From an uncultured Candidatus Binatia bacterium (GTDB lineage Bacteria; Desulfobacterota; Binatia; UBA9968; JAJDTQ01), in NCBI GenBank assembly GCA_965213675.1, contig OZ243916.1:1536001-1600000 (forward strand): a DNA stretch of 64,000 nucleotides. Direction: 5' to 3'. Of this stretch, positions 61,413 through 64,000 are shown piece after piece. The position numbers and the translations under genes were made by a program. The notes beneath the pieces are model-generated. The model ran no database searches. It had not been told where the DNA came from and saw nothing but the letters and a program-made list of their open reading frames with translations. Each line of letters opens with the position of its first letter. Position 1 is the stretch's first letter.

Positions 61413-62153
61413 TCACGCCACGGAACGCATTGCCGCGCCTGCCGACTCCGTAGCCAGCACCCGGTCGAGGAAGTTCGTGGCCAGCGGCCAGGTCAGTTTG
61501 GCCAAGGCGGGATCGTAGGCGTCGCCGTCGGCCAAGGCAAAGCCGTGCCCGGCCCGCGGGAAGAAATGCCACTCCACGTCCGGCGTGCCTTCCAGGAAGC
61601 ACCCGCGCAGCTTCTCCTGCACCGGCACCGGCGCCACCCGGTCCTGACCGCCGAACAGGACCATGGACGGACAGTGTATTTCACGCGCGGCGTCGTTGGG
61701 ATGGCGCGGCCGCAACGCGCTGGGACTCTCGTCCCGCACCGAGGGATAGTAGCCCAGGAACGCGGCGGCCTCGGGCGTGGCCGCGGCGAAGTGAATGCCG
61801 ATACGACCACCCATGCACAGGCCCATCACCGCCACACGATTCTCGTCCACATCGTCCCGCCCGCAAAGGTAGCGCCAACCCTGGCCGATGACCTCCACGA
61901 AACGCCCGTCCGTGGTCTGCTTCTGGACACCGTGGTAGTCCGGGAAGCCCAGCATGTCATAGAGCGCGGGAACCATGGTGGCGTATCCTGCCTCGGCGAA
62001 CTCGCAGGCCATGTGTTTGATGTGGCCCGTGACGCCGTAGTGATGATGGATGATGAGCAGCGCCGGTCCCGGCGCCGACCTCTCCGGGGAAGCGATGAAA
62101 CCCGGCACTCCATCCTGTTCCTGCGTCAGCGCGCGCGTGATGATCTTCGACAT
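61413..62153 (-). CDS. Dienelactone hydrolase family protein
   Basis: GLCMGG nucleophile elbow, GGQD, AGHGF. Confidence 0.9.
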   Translation of the reverse strand: MSKIITRALTQEQDGVPGFIASPERSAPGPALLIIHHHYGVTGHIKHMACEFAEAGYATMVPALYDMLGFPDYHGVQKQTTDGRFVEVIGQGWRYLCGRDDVDENRVAVMGLCMGGRIGIHFAAATPEAAAFLGYYPSVRDESPSALRPRHPNDAAREIHCPSMVLFGGQDRVAPVPVQEKLRGCFLEGTPDVEWHFFPRAGHGFALADGDAYDPALAKLTWPLATNFLDRVLATESAGAAMRSVA

Positions 62154-62280
62154 GAGGTCCCCTTCCAGAAAATTCGCGCAATGCGGCGATCATGCCCGCG
62201 ATACCGCCGGCCGTCAATCTCGCCGGCCCGCGCGGGCGTACTGGCGAGTGCCAACTCGGGCGCCACCGCAAGCGAATTCA

Positions 62281-63351
62281 TCAAAAGCCGTACAAGCGCG
62301 CTGGGTTGTCGCTCAGAATCTTGTCGGCCACGCCGGCGGCGAGGACGCCGTCCTGCGACAGTTTGGCGATGGCTTCCATATCGTTGGAATAGTCCGCGTG
62401 CCCGTAGTCGGTGCCGACAATGATGCTGTCCTCGCCCGCATATTCCAGCACGTACGGGAGATCGTCCGTGGTCTGGCACGCCACGTAGATGCGGTTGTCG
62501 CGGAGCAGGTGCTTGTCCGACAGTTCCCGGGGCGCGCCGCGCACGCCGGCCAGGGCGCTGCCGGCGTGTTTGCGCCGAAACGCCAACTCGGCCGCGGTGC
62601 GTATCTGCAGGTCGTTCAGCGCGTAGGGAACCCACTGGGAGGTGGCTTCGACGAAGCACCAGCGCAGATCCGGGAATTTGTCGGGAACACCCTTGTAGAT
62701 GAGATTGTTGAACGCCCCCACGGTGGAAAGCTTGAAGCGCGAGAACGTGTCTTGGAGGAACAGGTCGTAGTGGTCGAAGCTGCCCCCGCCGGCATGCACG
62801 CACATGGGGAGGTCGAGGTCGCTGGCCTCCTGGTATATGGGAAACAGCGTGTCGTCGGAGAGCAGCCGCCCGGCCTCGATGCCGTGCATGAAGACGCCGC
62901 AGGCGCCGTTTGCCTTGCCGAAGTGAATCTCTTCGATGGCCCGGTCCATGGAACGCAGCGGCGCCAGCACCACCCAGCGCAGGCGCCCTCCCCCTTGCTT
63001 CCAGATCTCCGCCAGCCAGCGATTGTAGCCCCGGTACAGCGCCCGCTCCACCTCGGCCCGCGCGGTCAGGGGCCGCAGGAACAGGGTGGGGTAGATCACC
63101 TGGACGTCCACGGACAGCTCGTCCATGTGGGCGATGCGCGCGCCCACGTCGGCCAACTCTCGGGATTCCGCGGTGGTGTTGAGGCCGATATTGGTATTGG
63201 GCACGACGCGCTCGTCGATGCGCCAGTAACGCAACCCCGTGCCTTGCGACACCACCAGGTCGGGGGCGAGGTGGCGGTCCTCCTCGGCCATGAACTCCCA
63301 GGTCTGTTCGTTCTCGATGACGTGCGCATCGGCGTCTATGAACATGGACAT
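62281..63351 (-). CDS. Amidohydrolase-2 family protein
   Basis: IDADAHVIE, MDELSVDVQVIYPT, CVHAG, GTDYGHAD; start MSMFID with GGAGG RBS. Confidence 0.9.
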   Translation of the reverse strand: MSMFIDADAHVIENEQTWEFMAEEDRHLAPDLVVSQGTGLRYWRIDERVVPNTNIGLNTTAESRELADVGARIAHMDELSVDVQVIYPTLFLRPLTARAEVERALYRGYNRWLAEIWKQGGGRLRWVVLAPLRSMDRAIEEIHFGKANGACGVFMHGIEAGRLLSDDTLFPIYQEASDLDLPMCVHAGGGSFDHYDLFLQDTFSRFKLSTVGAFNNLIYKGVPDKFPDLRWCFVEATSQWVPYALNDLQIRTAAELAFRRKHAGSALAGVRGAPRELSDKHLLRDNRIYVACQTTDDLPYVLEYAGEDSIIVGTDYGHADYSNDMEAIAKLSQDGVLAAGVADKILSDNPARLYGF

Positions 63352-63564
63352 CGTCGTTTCCCTCCAGCGGATTGGTTGGGCCCGGTATCGGGCCGGCGCA
63401 AGCTCCTGGCCAAGACTCATTCTCGCCCAGGAGGCCGTGAAGGTTCAACCCGGCGGCCCTCGCGCATCGTCACTCCATTTGATACAGATTCGACACGTCG
63501 GCCCGGCTGGCTCGCGATCCTTGCGGCGCCATGCGCCGGAACCGGCAGAACGGGAGGTGGACTC

Positions 63565-64000
63565 ATGGCACAGGCAGGCTACGCGCGCCCGGACCTGTTG
63601 ACGGAGACGGACTGGCTGGAGCAGCATCTCGACGACCCGGATCTCCGCATCGTCGACTGCGATCCCTACGACGCCTACCGCCGCGCGCACATCAAGGGCG
63701 CGGTGGGCATTCGCGTGCATCACTACATCAAGCAGCCGGAATACCCCACGGACCCGCGCAAGTACCCGCTGGTGGCGCCCCCGGATACGGCCAGGGAGGT
63801 GCTGGAGAGCCTGGGCATCGGCGAAGGCACCCGCGTCGTGGCCTACGACAGCAACGGATCGCTGTGGGCCGCGCGCCTGTGGTGGGTGTTGCGCTACTAC
63901 GGCCACACCGAAGTGACGGTGCTCAACGGCGGCTGGCAGAAGTGGTTCGACGAAGGACGTCCGACGACCCTCGACGTGCCCGCTCCCGCCTCCGCGACCT
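63565..64000 (+). CDS. Rhodanese-type sulfurtransferase (SseA-like), 3' end outside window
   Basis: MAQAGYARPDLLTETDWL..LRIVDC..YRRAHIKGAV..VVAYD..AARLWWVLRYYGH..LNGGWQKW; GGAGG RBS; absent from the ORF track because it is open-ended. Confidence 0.92.
   Translation, partial: MAQAGYARPDLLTETDWLEQHLDDPDLRIVDCDPYDAYRRAHIKGAVGIRVHHYIKQPEYPTDPRKYPLVAPPDTAREVLESLGIGEGTRVVAYDSNGSLWAARLWWVLRYYGHTEVTVLNGGWQKWFDEGRPTTLDVPAPASAT

Overview
High-GC bacterial window. The gene content (several amidohydrolases, an NMT1-type binding protein, molybdenum hydroxylases, a giant Calx-beta-like protein) resembles Deltaproteobacteria/Binatia-like marine or host-associated genomes; that assignment is inference only. 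Left to right: (1) a >4,590-aa secreted repeat adhesin on the minus strand that runs off the left edge and is missing from the ORF track; (2) gltD/gltB; (3) an ~18-kb cas operon in which a csx1 + cmr1-6 type III-B block sits inside a type I-G operon (csb1-csb2-[csx1-cmr1-cas10-cmr3-cmr4-cmr5-cmr6]-cas3-csb3-cas4/1-cas2); (4) a 36-bp-repeat CRISPR array with 65 spacers whose trailer end is broken by an IS21 remnant; (5) a decayed vapBC-type pair; (6) housekeeping and catabolic genes. Best candidate novelties: Csb2 (Cas5/Cas6) carries an in-frame ~238-aa type I phosphoribosyltransferase domain. The III-B block is bounded by a 17-bp direct repeat that duplicates the cas3 start, so removing it restores a canonical I-G operon. 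The Csx1-like effector has a CARF-HEPN-CARF architecture. All family calls come from motif recognition by eye; no database searches were run.
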